DNA of 64,000 nt from Squalus acanthias (lineage: Eukaryota), in contig CM059432.1 in assembly GCA_030390025.1 (NCBI GenBank), positions 99,884,001 through 99,948,000 of the forward strand. Reading direction: 5' to 3'. Positions 49,992 to 61,996 of this stretch are shown here, one piece after another. The position numbers and the translations under genes are program-made. The notes under the pieces were generated by a model that worked only from the letters and a program-made list of their open reading frames with translations, had not been told where the DNA came from and searched no databases. Each line of letters starts with the position of its first letter. Position 1 is the stretch's first letter.

Positions 49992-51263
49992 GAGTACAGC
50001 TGCTTCAGTCCTCCGGCTCCTTCTCCTTGACCTGCTGCTGCTTGCTGAGGCAGCTGCACAGCCAGCAATACTGAGAATGAGGCTCTGCAGCATCAATGAA
50101 CCTCCCTTTAAGAACTGGAAAAAGCCTGTGGCAATGATGACTTACGATTAGACTGCACCTGATAGTGGTTGACCCTTTGAGTGTAACGCAAATGTGCTTG
50201 GGCTTAAAGACTTGAATTAGCACTCCATCATTTCTTTGAGCAGTGAGCACGAATTTTGCATGCAGTCTAAAGCATTTCTAATTTTATCGCCCATTCCTGG
50301 GCTATAATGAATTTCTAGCTCAAAGTCTTTAGAAGAGGAGAGGAAGGAAGAAAGTTGTTAAGGGGAATGAAGAATCACCTATGTAAGAAATAAACAAGAA
50401 TTATGATGTGTTTTACCGGACACACAGGAATTCTCCTGACAGCTCTCTCTCAGTAAGAACAATGGTAACATGAGCCAACAAGCACAGCGTAGAACTAAGT
50501 TTTTCTCCTCTCATGCTCCTGTTTTCATTAAGAAAACAGAATTAGATGTTAGAATATTACAATAGTCTACAGTGTTTCAGGGTTGGAAAGCAGATAAGAG
50601 ATTTAGGCCTAAAAACCTGTCGGTGCCACCACAGGCCGGAGTTAACAGCTGCCGGCAGGACCAGTAAATTGGCGTTGGTTGCTATTTAACATTAGCCCAG
50701 CTCTAAATTTACCGTGCAAGGCTGTTTTCATGGCGTTTGTCCCAGCAGGAGGCCCAATGTAACGTGACCGTATCATCATTGCAGCAAGAACAGCCTTCTC
50801 TTAAAGCAAGGCTGTCATTTCAGAAAGCAGTTCGGACTCTTAAAGGGGACTGCCTTATAAAATGAAAAAAATAAAAATCATTTAAAAATAGGCAGTTTTT
50901 AGCCCTTACAGCTCAACTGCCTTCTGAAAAAAAAAGCATTAAAAAGAATTCCCAGAAAAAGTCTTCAGCTCTTAAAGCTATTGGCAGCGCTATGGCCCTC
51001 ACCAAAATGGCGGCTGCTGAGTCCCACGCCAGAGAAGGGCGTTAGCGTGGAGGCTGCCATTTTTCACCTGGATTGCAGCGCTAAATCTTTTAATATTGCA
51101 TTGTGTGCATCTGTAAGACCAAGCAGTACACAATTCCTGTTTTACACCTTAAAATACTGTGTTGTTTTTGACATGATAGTTGACATCTCTGAGCAGCCTC
51201 CATAGTTGGCTGTAATTTTCCAGTACAGATGTTGTTTGCTTTATTTAATTATCAAGAATTAAT

Positions 51264-52044
51264 GGCCAGGATTTTGCATTACAATAACGGTGAGGCTAAC
51301 AGTGCTCACCTTATAATGGAGTAAATCAGACAGCAACTTCCAGGGTCCGCACATGTGCAGTTAAATGTGGAAATCAGGAAGTTGCTGTCCAAGTTGCCCT
51401 GCTCCTCCACAAGTTTCACTACAACGGTACTTTGCTGAGAGACTTGGCATTCAAATCCATGTAAGGGCATGACATTGCGGTACTCACCCATTAGTTACCC
51501 TCTAAACATGCCAGAAAAAGTTAAGGCTGGTGCATTAAGGTGTAAGTGAAATTTTAACGGTGTGATAAGTCTTAATTACTGCCAAACTACCTCTCTCGCA
51601 CTGAAAATTTGATTTTACAAGTGTGGTATCTCATTCCTTCAGAATTTAATTATTGCTGGAGATTTAAAAAAAATATTAATTTAATTTGTTTTTACTTTTT
51701 CTTTCTGTCTCTTTTATCTCTCTCTCTCTTAATCCCATCTTTCTTTCTCTATCTTTATTTAGCTCTCTGTATATGATTTTACAAGGAATTAAATATTCTA
51801 ATTTATACTTCCTGCTTTAGACTCTTGTCTCAGTGAGGATTCTTCAATCTGATTAGTTAAAGAGGTCCGCTGTTTACTGTCCTGCTCACACATGCCACAG
51901 ATTCCCTGTAGAGGGCACCGTGCTGAAAAGGATCTCTAGGAACAATAAGTTGTTGCTTAAAAGCCCGTGAAACGTCTGTGGGCAGCTGTAAGCGTGAGAA
52001 ACGGCAAGCACCGTTCCTTTGCCGCTGACCACAAAATCTGGGCC
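51264..52044. mobile_element. Harbinger-like MITE
   Basis: TIR ggccaggattttg / caaaatctgggcc with AAT on both flanks. Confidence 0.85.
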
Positions 52045-52938
52045 AATGTGAATACCCTGTAATTTTATGACCCAGATCAGCCTATTTTATATCGACTGAC
52101 TGTCAGTGAGCTCATGAAACACATGGGGTAAAATGAGCAAAGCAGTAAACAGTTTGAGGCCAATCCTATGACAATCAATGCATTTACAGGAGGAAAGGTT
52201 AGGCTAAGTAAGTTAAGAAAATTTGAAAACTTTTAAAAATAAGGTGAGTAAGCTGACCTCCAGAACACTGATCTATCCTTACTTCTGCATTATTCCCCCT
52301 TGGCAAGTTGTTTTTCTAGAGTAGTATATCTATAGATTTACTAAGTCAGTTAAACATCTTTATTAGGATTAATTGTTCCTCCTCTTCTCTCAGAGTATGT
52401 GCCATGCTGCATTCCTAGCCAACAGAGTGGGTCTTTGAGCTGCCCCTAGCATATGGATACTTGAAAGGGTGAGTATCCTGACTTCTCACTGCTGGGAGGG
52501 AGTCTCTCCCACTGGAATTACATGTTCGAAATTTGGGCAACCACTGCACATGATTTTCCAACCATTCATTTAAATAGTTGGACGAGTGAACACCTGAATT
52601 TCTTATATCTGCTTCTGCTGGCATCGTGAATTTGGAACATCTTACACCTAACATGTCTGCAGGAAAGGCTTCAGTTAGCAAATTCTTAGGAAAATGATAT
52701 GTTGCTTTCTCAACATATAAGAAATGCCAAGAAGGAAGCTGAAATAAAAAAAAGAAAATGCTGGAAATACACATCAGACTCATCAGTATCTATTTTCTGT
52801 TTTCATATGTTGACAAACTTGCTGAATCTCCAGTGTATTCTGTTTTTATTTCTCAGGGCGATCTCCTGTGCCATTACTCATGGTAAGTTGGAGGCTATGT
52901 TGTCTGTTCAGGACAGGAGCAGTCTATCAAGTAAAACA

Positions 52939-53648
52939 TTGCCAGAAATTCGGCTTTCCGGCTTCCTGCGGGTGCAAGCATCACGCGCGTACTTGCCTAC
53001 CGCGCCTGCAGTTGTGCTTTGGGCCCACGAGGACTTCGGGTCCTGGGCCTCCTGCAGCTGCCGGCGCGCAGTGCTTGTGTATCCCAGGGGCGCAGTTAGT
53101 TCGAAGCGTCCCCTGGGATCACGTGGGCCATGGAGAGCCAATCCTAGCAGGGCATTTTCATTCATAGATTTGATAGGAAGACCTGTCAAATCTATGAATA
53201 GAGATCGGCCCCAAAACCACACTTAAACTTCAAATATTTTTTTTTTTATCACATTTTTAAAATAACTATAAGTTAAATAAATTAACGATGCTAAAAATAA
53301 ACTTACCTTTCTTTAAAGTATCTAAAAAAGATAAACCTGTTGAAAAAATTTTTAAATTGTAATTAATTAACCACTTACCTTGTTAAAAACAGGCCTTGCG
53401 CCTCCTTTTTAAAAGCGCAGCTTCTCCATACTTACCTTCCCGGAGAAACCTGAAAAAAAACCTGAAGTTTGCTGCGTGCGCGCAACCTCTCCCGTGCACG
53501 CGTTCGACTTCTGAACCCCTCCCTTCAGGGGAACGGAAGTTCCGGTTTCCCGCGCAGGCGCAGTGCATGCAGGAAACCGGCACTTCAGGTGGCCTTACGG
53601 GTGAGTACACAGCGCGTACTCACCCGACAACAGCCGAATTTCTGGCCC
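52939..53648. mobile_element. Harbinger-like MITE family B, copy 1
   Basis: Perfect 15-bp inverted repeat gccagaaattcggct / agccgaatttctggc near the ends. Confidence 0.82.
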
Positions 53649-54888
53649 ATCATATTATCTTGCTGCTTAGGTGGATCTGTGTGTGACTGGTGTGTCCCTT
53701 TGAGGTCACAAGCTCTAATTGCTGTCCAAACATCATCCTGCAGGGAATTAAATGCTAACTGCTCATAGGCAGGTCCTAAGATCAGTTGGAGAGTATTTGG
53801 GGCCTAAATTCAACATCGTTTCACCCATTTTACAGACATAGAATGGGTGCAACGATGATGAATTTAACAGAGCAATGGTCCGCTGCAGATTTGCATGGGC
53901 ATTCGGGCCGCCATCAAATTTATCAGGGCCTTTTTTTAGGCGGCCCATGCATCCGCCTGAAATGAGCCTAGGTCTAATTAAAATAATGTAATAAGAGTCT
54001 TGTGCCCATTTTCAGAAAACTCATTAAGTTGTTCAGGCTCTGCAGCAAACTAACTTGCAGTCCATAAAGGGACCGATGGAGGCTGCTGAAGTAACTCTCC
54101 GATATGTTTTTTTAACTTACCTTATTCTGGAGCTAGAAGTAAAACTGTAGACTGCTGGCAGCCGTGATCGCCCCCCTCCTGTTTGCCTTCCTCCCGGATT
54201 TACCTGTGGGCTGACTTGGCATCCAAGCTGTCCGAAATTTGAAGGGCCTGAGCCGGATTTATGCCAATGAGTATCGAGGACAAATTTAGGATGGTCCAGT
54301 AAATGACTGACTTTCTTTCTTTTTTATTATGCACTTTTTTTAAAATAGTATGTCACCAAGATTTGTATGTGTGACACTGACAGATATGCTTCAAAAACTT
54401 TTACATATACTAGCAGATTTCCTATGGCATTGCTCACAGATAATTTGAGGCCTGGGGAAATGTTGTGATGTTTAGCAACTAATCTGTTATAAATTGGGAT
54501 TTGTTACTGGTTGTAAACTGTTCGGGTCATTCACAGAGCAATGGTAATTCATTGTAATTTTCAGGCTCCTCTTCAATGACTGGCATTCCTTTTTTAAGAT
54601 TGCTTTGCATCTGTAATGAAGGAGTAGATTTTCAACTTGTCAGCTAGGCGCACAACTGCCATTGCGCAACAGCTTTCCGTCAATGAAATTGAAAATCAGG
54701 TGATTTCTATAATGGGGGTCCAATCCACACTGCCAGTTTTACACCTGGGAGAGAAGTTGGGAATCTACTCCAAATTGTCACAGCTGCTGTGTGATGCCTA
54801 CATGTAGAAATTCTTTGATGCTGCACCTGTTTTACAGACGTAAAACAGGCACCTAAGCTTCCAATATGGCGGACACCGTGCACACGTA

Positions 54889-55649
54889 GGGGATGATTTT
54901 GCCAATGGGGACGTGATGGAGGCGGGACTGCTGCTTGTCGGGTTTTAGTCCCGCCTCCATCGATGTCGAGCAAACCCATGCTATTTTCCCTTGATTAACC
55001 ATATTAAGCCCGCCCAGCGGGAAAGCCGGTGACAGAGAACGTCAGCGTATGACGTTTCATCTGTCAAAATGTTTTCATTCTCTGTTGTTTGGTGAGTTCT
55101 TGTACTCAAGACTCACCAAACCCATTTTATGAGCAGAAAGCAGATGGCTGTTGCATCGGCAAATGCAGCAGCCATTCTGTCATCTCTGCCGTGGAGATGC
55201 CGGAGCCTCCGGATCCCCAACGATTGAAGCCTGCAGGAAGAAACAAAGGTAAGGAAACTTTTTCTAAGACTTTTCACTCACCTCACATACTTACCTGTCC
55301 ACACTTGTACCCATCACTCACCTCCACAGCGCACTTTTCGACCCCTCTCACCCCCGCAGACCCACTGCTCACCTCGCTGACCCTGGCAGGGTTTCTGCAC
55401 TTCTGTTGGAAAACTGGGGATAATCCTCTTAACTATCTGTTAACTACCTGTTAACAGGCAGTTAAGTGGCTGTAATTCCCTTCCCACCTCGAGGAGACGG
55501 GACCCCGGAGCGGGTCAGGTACCTCGCCTCCTGGGAAGATGGCACGGAGGCGGGTTGGGGGCGGGATGGGTACCCGCCCCCAGTTTCTGCCATTTTTCCG
55601 GCAGTCCCACCTCCAAACCCGCCTCCCCAGGGCTGGCAAAATCGCCCCC
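54889..55649. mobile_element. Harbinger-like MITE family A, copy 3
   Basis: TIR ggggatgattttgcc / ggcaaaatcgccccc; flanks GTA/ATA; collinear with copies 1 and 2. Confidence 0.88.
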
Positions 55650-56067
55650 ATACATTCTGTGCCAGAAGTGCACCACCTGCCATATTGGTAACGGCTTCAG
55701 TACAGGGACATACAAAGAGCAAGTCTTGGCAGGCTCTACGAATAACAAATGTTTCTGTCAGTCACCAAAACAATCCATCTGCTCCAAAATGTGGTTCATT
55801 AAATTTAGAAGGGAGCATGTTTCATGTGTATGCATGGCGATGTCCCCATGGACTACCTTCACACAGTCGCACTGTTTCTTGTTGATGCATGCAGTTTGTA
55901 ACTTTATTGGGGATTCTTTGAGCTGACATAATGATAGCTCTGGAAGTCCCATGAATTCAAGTTTCAGGCTATTGTTAGAGGCATTTCAAATACAGAAAAT
56001 GTTATTGTATTGGTTAATTTAATCATTTGTTTATAATTGTCTGTTTTATGTTAGATATAACACTCAC

Positions 56068-56217
56068 AACTAAGGGGATCAAGGGGTATGGCGAAAAAGC
56101 AGGAATGGGGTACTGAGGTAGCATGTTCAGCCATGAACGCATTGAATGGCGGTGCAGGCTCGAAGGACCGAATGGTCTACTCCTGTACCTATTTTCTATG
56201 TTTCTATGTTTCTATGT
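56068..56217 (+). mobile_element. CR1 3' tail fragment
   Basis: ggggatcaaggggtatgg..cgaatggtctactcctg followed by three tttctatg repeats. Confidence 0.8.
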
Positions 56218-56502
56218 TACCATCATGATTATATTTCAAGTTTTATTTACAGTAACAAATTCTCAATTTAGTAAATAAACTAAGATGGCAGCTTAAAAAT
56301 GATTGAACAATTCAATTGGCTCCCCTTTTTCCTGACTGTTTGTGTTTGATCTGTTTATCAGGCTGGATTTGAACCCATGTTCCAAGAAATGATTGGCTAG
56401 CAACTATTCCACTGCACCATCTCATCTCCCCTGCTCCTGGAGTAGTGATTTTGCAAACTTTCAAAAGAGGACTCCTCAATACCCAAAAGGCAAATTTTAA
56501 AA

Positions 56503-56575
56503 GGGGACGGTAGCATAGTGGTAATGTCACTGGGCTTATAATCCAGAGACCGTGAGTTCAAATCCCACCACGGCA
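56503..56575 (+). promoter_or_regulatory. tRNA-derived internal RNA polymerase III (type 2) promoter at the head of a LINE
   Basis: A box TAGCATAGTGG (56511-56521) and B box GAGTTCAAATCCC (56554-56566). D-arm, anticodon arm CTGGG-CTTATAA-TCCAG and T-arm GTGAG-TTCAAAT-CCCAC are recognisable; the acceptor stem is unpaired. Confidence 0.85.
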
Positions 56576-59500
56576 GCTGGGGAATTTAAATTCAGTTAAT
56601 TAAATAAATCTGGAATTAAAAAGCTAGTGTCAGTAATGGTGACCATGAAACTATCGGATTGTCATAAAAACCCATCTGGTTCACTAATGTCCTTTAGAGA
56701 AGGAAATCTGCCATCTTTACCTGATCTGGCCTATATCTGACTCCAGACCCACAGCAATGTGGTTGACTCTTAACTGCCCTCTGAAATGGTCTAGCAAGCC
56801 ACTCATTTGTAACAAACAGACCATGTGGCATTGATCTAGGCAATGGCTACAGACATGGCAACGGCGCACCCAGCCAGTTGACCCTGCAAAGTCCTCCTCA
56901 CCAACATCTGGGGACTTGTGCCAAAATTGGGAGAGCTGTCCCACAGACTAGTCAAGCAACAGCCTGACATAGTCATACTCACAGAATCATATCTTTCAGC
57001 CAATGTCCCAGACTCCTCCATCACCATCCCTGGGTATGACCTGTCCCACCATACAGTCGGGAAGGAGTGGCCCTGGGAGTCCTTAACATTGACTCTGGAC
57101 CCCATGAAGTCTCGTGGCTTCAAGGTCAAGCATGGGCAAGGAAACCTCCCTCTGCTGATGAATCAGTACTCCTCCATGTTGAACACCACTTGGAAGAAGC
57201 ACTGAGAGTAGCAAGGGCACAGAATGTACTCTGGGTGGAGGGTGTCAATGTCCATCACCAAGAGTGGCTCGGTAGCACCACTACTGACTGAGCTGGCCGA
57301 GTCCTGAAGGACATATCTGCCAGTCTAGGTCTGCGACAGGTGGTGAGAGAACCAACAGGAGGGAAAAACCTACTTGACCTCATCCTCACCAATCTACCTG
57401 TCGCAGATGCATCTGTCCATGACAGTATTGGTAGCAGTGACCACCGCAAAGCCATGTGGAGACGAAGTCCTGTCTTCACACTGAGGACACCCTCCATCGT
57501 ATGCTGTGCCACTGCCACCGTGCTAAATGGGATAGATTCAGAACAGATCTAGCAGCTCAAAACTGGGCATCCATGAGGTGCTGTGGGGCAGCAGCAGAAT
57601 TGTATTCCACCACAATCTGTAACCTCATATCCCTCACTCTACCATTACCATCAAGCCAGAGGATCAACCCTGGTTCAACAAGAGTGTAGAAGAGCAGCAC
57701 CAGGCATACCTAAAAATTAGGTGCCAAACAGGGGAAGCTACATGCATGCTAAAAAGCGGAAGCAGCATGCTATAGACAGGGCTAAGCGATCCCACAATCA
57801 ACGGATCAGATCAAAGCTCTGCAGTCCTGCCACATCCAGTTGTGAATGGAGGTGGACCATTAAACAACTAATGGCAGGAGGAGGCTCCATGAATATCCCC
57901 ATCCTCAATGATGGTGGAGCCCAGCACGTGAGTGCAAAATACAAGGCTGAAGCGTTTGCAACCATCTTCAGCCAGAAGTGCCGAGTGGATGATCCAAATC
58001 AGCCTACTCCTGAGCTCCCCACCATCACAGAAACCAGTCTACAGCCAATTCGATTCGCTCCACGTGATATCAAGAAACGGCTGAGCACACTGGATACAGC
58101 AAAGGCCTATGGGCCCCGACAACATCCCGGTTATCATACTGAAGACTTGTGCTCCAGATTTAGCCGTGCCTATAGCCAAGCTGTTCCAGTACAGCTACAA
58201 CACTGGCATCTATCCGACAATGTGGAAAACTGCCCAGGTATGTCCTGTCCACAAAAAGCAGGATAAATCATATCCGGCTAATTACCGCCCCATCAGTCTA
58301 CTCTCAATCATCAGCAAAGTGATGGAAGGTGTCATCAACAGTGCTATCAAGCAGCACTTACTTACCAATAACCTGCTCACTGATGCCCAGTTTGGGTTCT
58401 GCCAAGACCACTCGGCTCCAGACCTCATTACAGCCTTGGCCCAAACATGGACAAAGGAGCTGAATTCCAGAGATGAGGTGAGAGTGACTGCCTTTGACAT
58501 CAAGGCAGCATTTGACCGAGTGTGGTACCAAGGAGCCCTAGTAAAACTGAAGTCAATGGGAATCGGGGGAAAAACTCTCCACTGGCTGGAGTCATACCTA
58601 GCACAAAGGAAGATGATTGTGGTGGTTGAAGGTCAATCATCACAGCCCCAGGACATCGCTGCAGGAGTTCCTCAGGGCAGTGTCCTAGTCCCAACCATCT
58701 TCAGATGCTTCATCAATGACCTTCCCTCCAAAATAAGATCAGAAATGGGGATGTTCACTGATGATTGCACAGTGTTCAGCGCCATTCACAATTCCTCAGA
58801 TAATGAAGCAGTCCATGCCCGCATGCAACAAGACCTGGACAACGTTCAGGCTTGGGCTGATAAGTGGCAGTTAACATTCGCGCCACAGAAGTGCCAGGCA
58901 ATGACTATCTCCAACAAGCGAGAGTCTAACCACCACCCCTTGACATTCAACGGCATTACCATCGCCGAATGCCACTCCATCAACATCCTGGGGGGTTACC
59001 ATTGACCAGAAACTTAACTGGACCAGCCACATAAATACTGTGGCAACAAGAGCAGGTCAGAGGCTAGCTATTCTGTGGTGAGTGTCTCACCTCCTGACAC
59101 CCCAAAGCCTTTCCACCATCGACAAGGCACAAGTAAGGAGTGTGATGAAATACTCTCCACTCTCCACCATCCAGGACAAAGCACCTCATTGGCACCCCAT
59201 CCACCATCTTAGACAACATTCACTCCCTCCACCACTGGCATACCATGGCTGCAGTGTGTACCATCTACAAGATGCACTGCAGCAACTTGCCACCGCTTCT
59301 TCATCAGCACCTCCCAAACCCGCGACCTCTTCAACCTAGAAGGACAAGGGCAGCAGGCGCATGGGAACACCACCACCTCCAAGTTCCCCTCCAAGTCTCA
59401 CACCATCCTGACTTGAAAGTATACTGCCGATCCTTCATCGTCACTGGGTCAAAATCCTGGAACTCCCTCCCTAACAGCACTGTGGGAGTACCTTCACCAC

Positions 59501-59620
59501 AGGGCCTGCAGCAGTTCAAGAAGGCGGCTCACCACCACCTTCTCGAGGGCAATTAGGGATGGGCAATAAATGCTGGCCTTGCCAGTGACGCCCACATCCC
59601 ACAAACGAATAAAAAGAAAA
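56503..59620 (+). mobile_element. CR1-group-like LINE with a tRNA-derived head and a single APE-RT ORF (~56843-59556, now frameshifted); no ORF1
   Basis: KVLLTNIWGL..PDIVILTESYL, LLDLILTN..GSSDH, GPDNIP, NYRPISLLS, AFDIKAAFDRVW, GVPQGSVL, MFTDDCT; A-rich 3' end. Confidence 0.93.
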
Positions 59621-59917
59621 TACCATATTTACAAACCATCACCTTTAAACTGTATGCAATTATAGTTATAATAGCGCTTCAGTACAAGAATAGTGGCATT
59701 TTATTACATTTCTGCTTGTCTACTAACTTCAATAAGAATATAAGGAAACAAAGGATAAGAAAATGCTAGCAAATCATGTAGTATGTACCTTATTGATGAC
59801 CCCACCTGATTTATTTAATGTCCTGTGGAAAATTTCTACTTGAGTAATTGCTGATCTCCAACAGAATCAAGCAAGACTCTAAACTACTACCCACCTCAAC
59901 ATCTCCACTACAGATGA

Positions 59918-61700
59918 TCATAGGAACATAGGAACAGGGCTAGGCCATTCAGCCTCTCAAGCCTGTTGTGCCATTCAATAGATCATTGTTGATCTGTACC
60001 TCAACTCCATTTACACGCCTTTGCTCCATATCCCTTGATACCCTTACCTAACAAAAATCTATTGATCGCAGTCTTGAAAATTTCAATTGAGCCCCAGCAT
60101 CCACAGCCTTTTTGGGGGAGAGAGTTCCAGATTTCCACTACCCTTTGTGTGAAAAAGTGCTTCCTGATTTCATTCCTAAACGGCCTAGCTCTAATTTGAA
60201 GATTATGCCCACGTATTTCTGGACTCCCCCATCAGAGGAAATAGTTTCTCTGTATCTAACTTATCGAATCCCTTAATGAATTTCATTACCTTGATTACGT
60301 CACCCCTCAACCTTCGAAACTCAAGGGAATACAGGCCAAGTTTATGCAACCTGTTGTCATCATTTAACACTTTATGCAATGTTTCCTTTAAATTGCATAA
60401 AGTGTGGTCTGCAGCTCCTGCCCAGCCAGCTCACCGGCTTTTAAATAGGAAAAACCACGCGTGCGCGGTATTTTGAATGGGCCCCGCACCCCAAAAAAAA
60501 TTAACAGGAGCATTGCCTTTAAGTCCTTGTATTACTATGGCGAATCTGCGCTGTATCCCTTTCAAAGTCAATGGGTCATAATTTGCGGCTCCTACGGGTG
60601 CATACGAGGTGTGTACGCAGCCGTAGGGGCCGCACAAGTTCCGGGTTTAGGCATGCACTGTGCGCATCCCCAGGACAGATCGCACGCATCCCCGAGAAAA
60701 GGGCATCCGCGGGCGGAGAGTTGGGCTATTTGCCCAACTTCTGCCCAGCGAATGCCCGTGAAATTCTTACGTCTGGTAAAAGCGTAAGGCCTGCTTTTAC
60801 TAGCATAAGAGATTTAAAAAAGCTGAAAAATAAAATTTTATCAATAATTTATACATTTAAAAACTTGTAAGTTTATTTTTAGCCCCTTTAAAACATGTAA
60901 ATTTATTTTTTCAAAAAATTTAGTTTTTGTTTTAAATATTTAATTAAATGGCATTTTAATTAATTTTAACTATGATTTTTTTTTTAATTTGATGTCTCGG
61001 TGTATTTTTTGGGGTATTCCCATTCATACTTATGGGGTTTCCATACATACAGAATCCCGATAAGTATGAATGGGGATTCCCTTCTGTCATTCGTAGGGCT
61101 GGCCCACGTGATCCCAGGGTGCATGCGAATCACTTGCGCCCCTGGGATACGTGGGCCTCTTCCCGTGGGTTCCCGGAGAGCCCCAGGACCGCGAGTCTCC
61201 GTGGGTCCTGAGGCCCCAGGTACGCGGGCATTTTATTTGCGGATCGGAGGCATTTCCCCGTGGGAAGCCAATATATAATTTCTGAGCTTCAGTGCTCAAA
61301 ATTGAACGCAGTATTCCAGATGGGGTCTGACCAAGGCTCTGTACAACTGAAGCATCACTTCCTCATTTTTAAATGCCAATCCCCTTGAGATAAAGACCAA
61401 CATTCCATTAGCCTTTTTGATTACTTTTTATATATCTGCACTTGCTTTTAGTGATTTTTCCTCCAGCTCTAGTCACTCACCATTTAAAAAATATTCTGAT
61501 TTGTCTTTCTTAGATCCAAAGTGGATGACCTCATACTTCCCCACATTGAACTCCATCTGCCAAAATTTTGCCGACTCACTTCATCTGTCTGTGTTCCTTT
61601 GAAACTTCCTGCTCCTGTGTGAACTACTTACTGTGCCTCCCAACTTAGTATCTTCTGCAAGCTTTGATATACAACTCTCTTTTCCTTCATCCAAGTCATT
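59918..61700 (-). mobile_element. Fragmented CR1 3' region interrupted by other insertions
   Basis: Reverse-complement CR1 tail at ~59920-60360, KGIQRRFAIVIQGL at ~60500-60565 and RT fragments at 61285-61700. Confidence 0.8.
60573..61272. mobile_element. MITE family B relative, opposite orientation to 52939-53648
   Basis: Shares ggcccacgtgatcccaggg..ccctgggatac and an internal attcata..tatgaat hairpin. The right end is uncertain. Confidence 0.7.
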
Positions 61701-61714
61701 GACGAAGTTGTGCT

Positions 61715-61996
61715 AGCTGCCAGACAGCTGTGAGCACACTGCCAAAAGAGAACTCCCTCCCCTACAACCTATTCCACCAAGAAGGACAAGAGCAGCAATG
61801 TCGTGGGAAAACCATCATCTCCAAGTTTCCCTCAAAGTCACATATTATCCTGACTTGGACGTATATCACTGTTTCCTTATCTTTGCTTTGTCAATACCCT
61901 GGAATTTCCTATAGAACACCATTATGGAGCACAATCACCACGGGGGCTGCAAAACTTCAAGGAGAAGGAACAGCATCACCTTCTCAGGGTAACTAA
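61715..61996 (+). mobile_element. Older, diverged 3' copy of the 56503-59620 LINE family
   Basis: agaaggacaagagcagca..ccaagtttccctcaaagtcaca..atcctgacttgga aligns with 59335-59555. Confidence 0.75.

Larger units (their letters stand above)
44855..50321. mobile_element. Full-length PIF/Harbinger transposon with a nested CR1
   Basis: Termini gggggaaaaattca / tgaatttctagctc with AAA on both flanks; transposase on +, Myb/SANT gene on -. Confidence 0.88.

Noticed and set aside
52394..52468. 75-nt exon-like segment with a good acceptor and gtgagt donor
   Set aside because: It has stop codons in all three frames and no other support; it could only be non-coding.
56503..56575. Functional tRNA-Ile(TAT) gene
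   Set aside because: The acceptor stem does not pair, there is no downstream T-run terminator and it is contiguous with a retroelement; treated as a tRNA-derived head.
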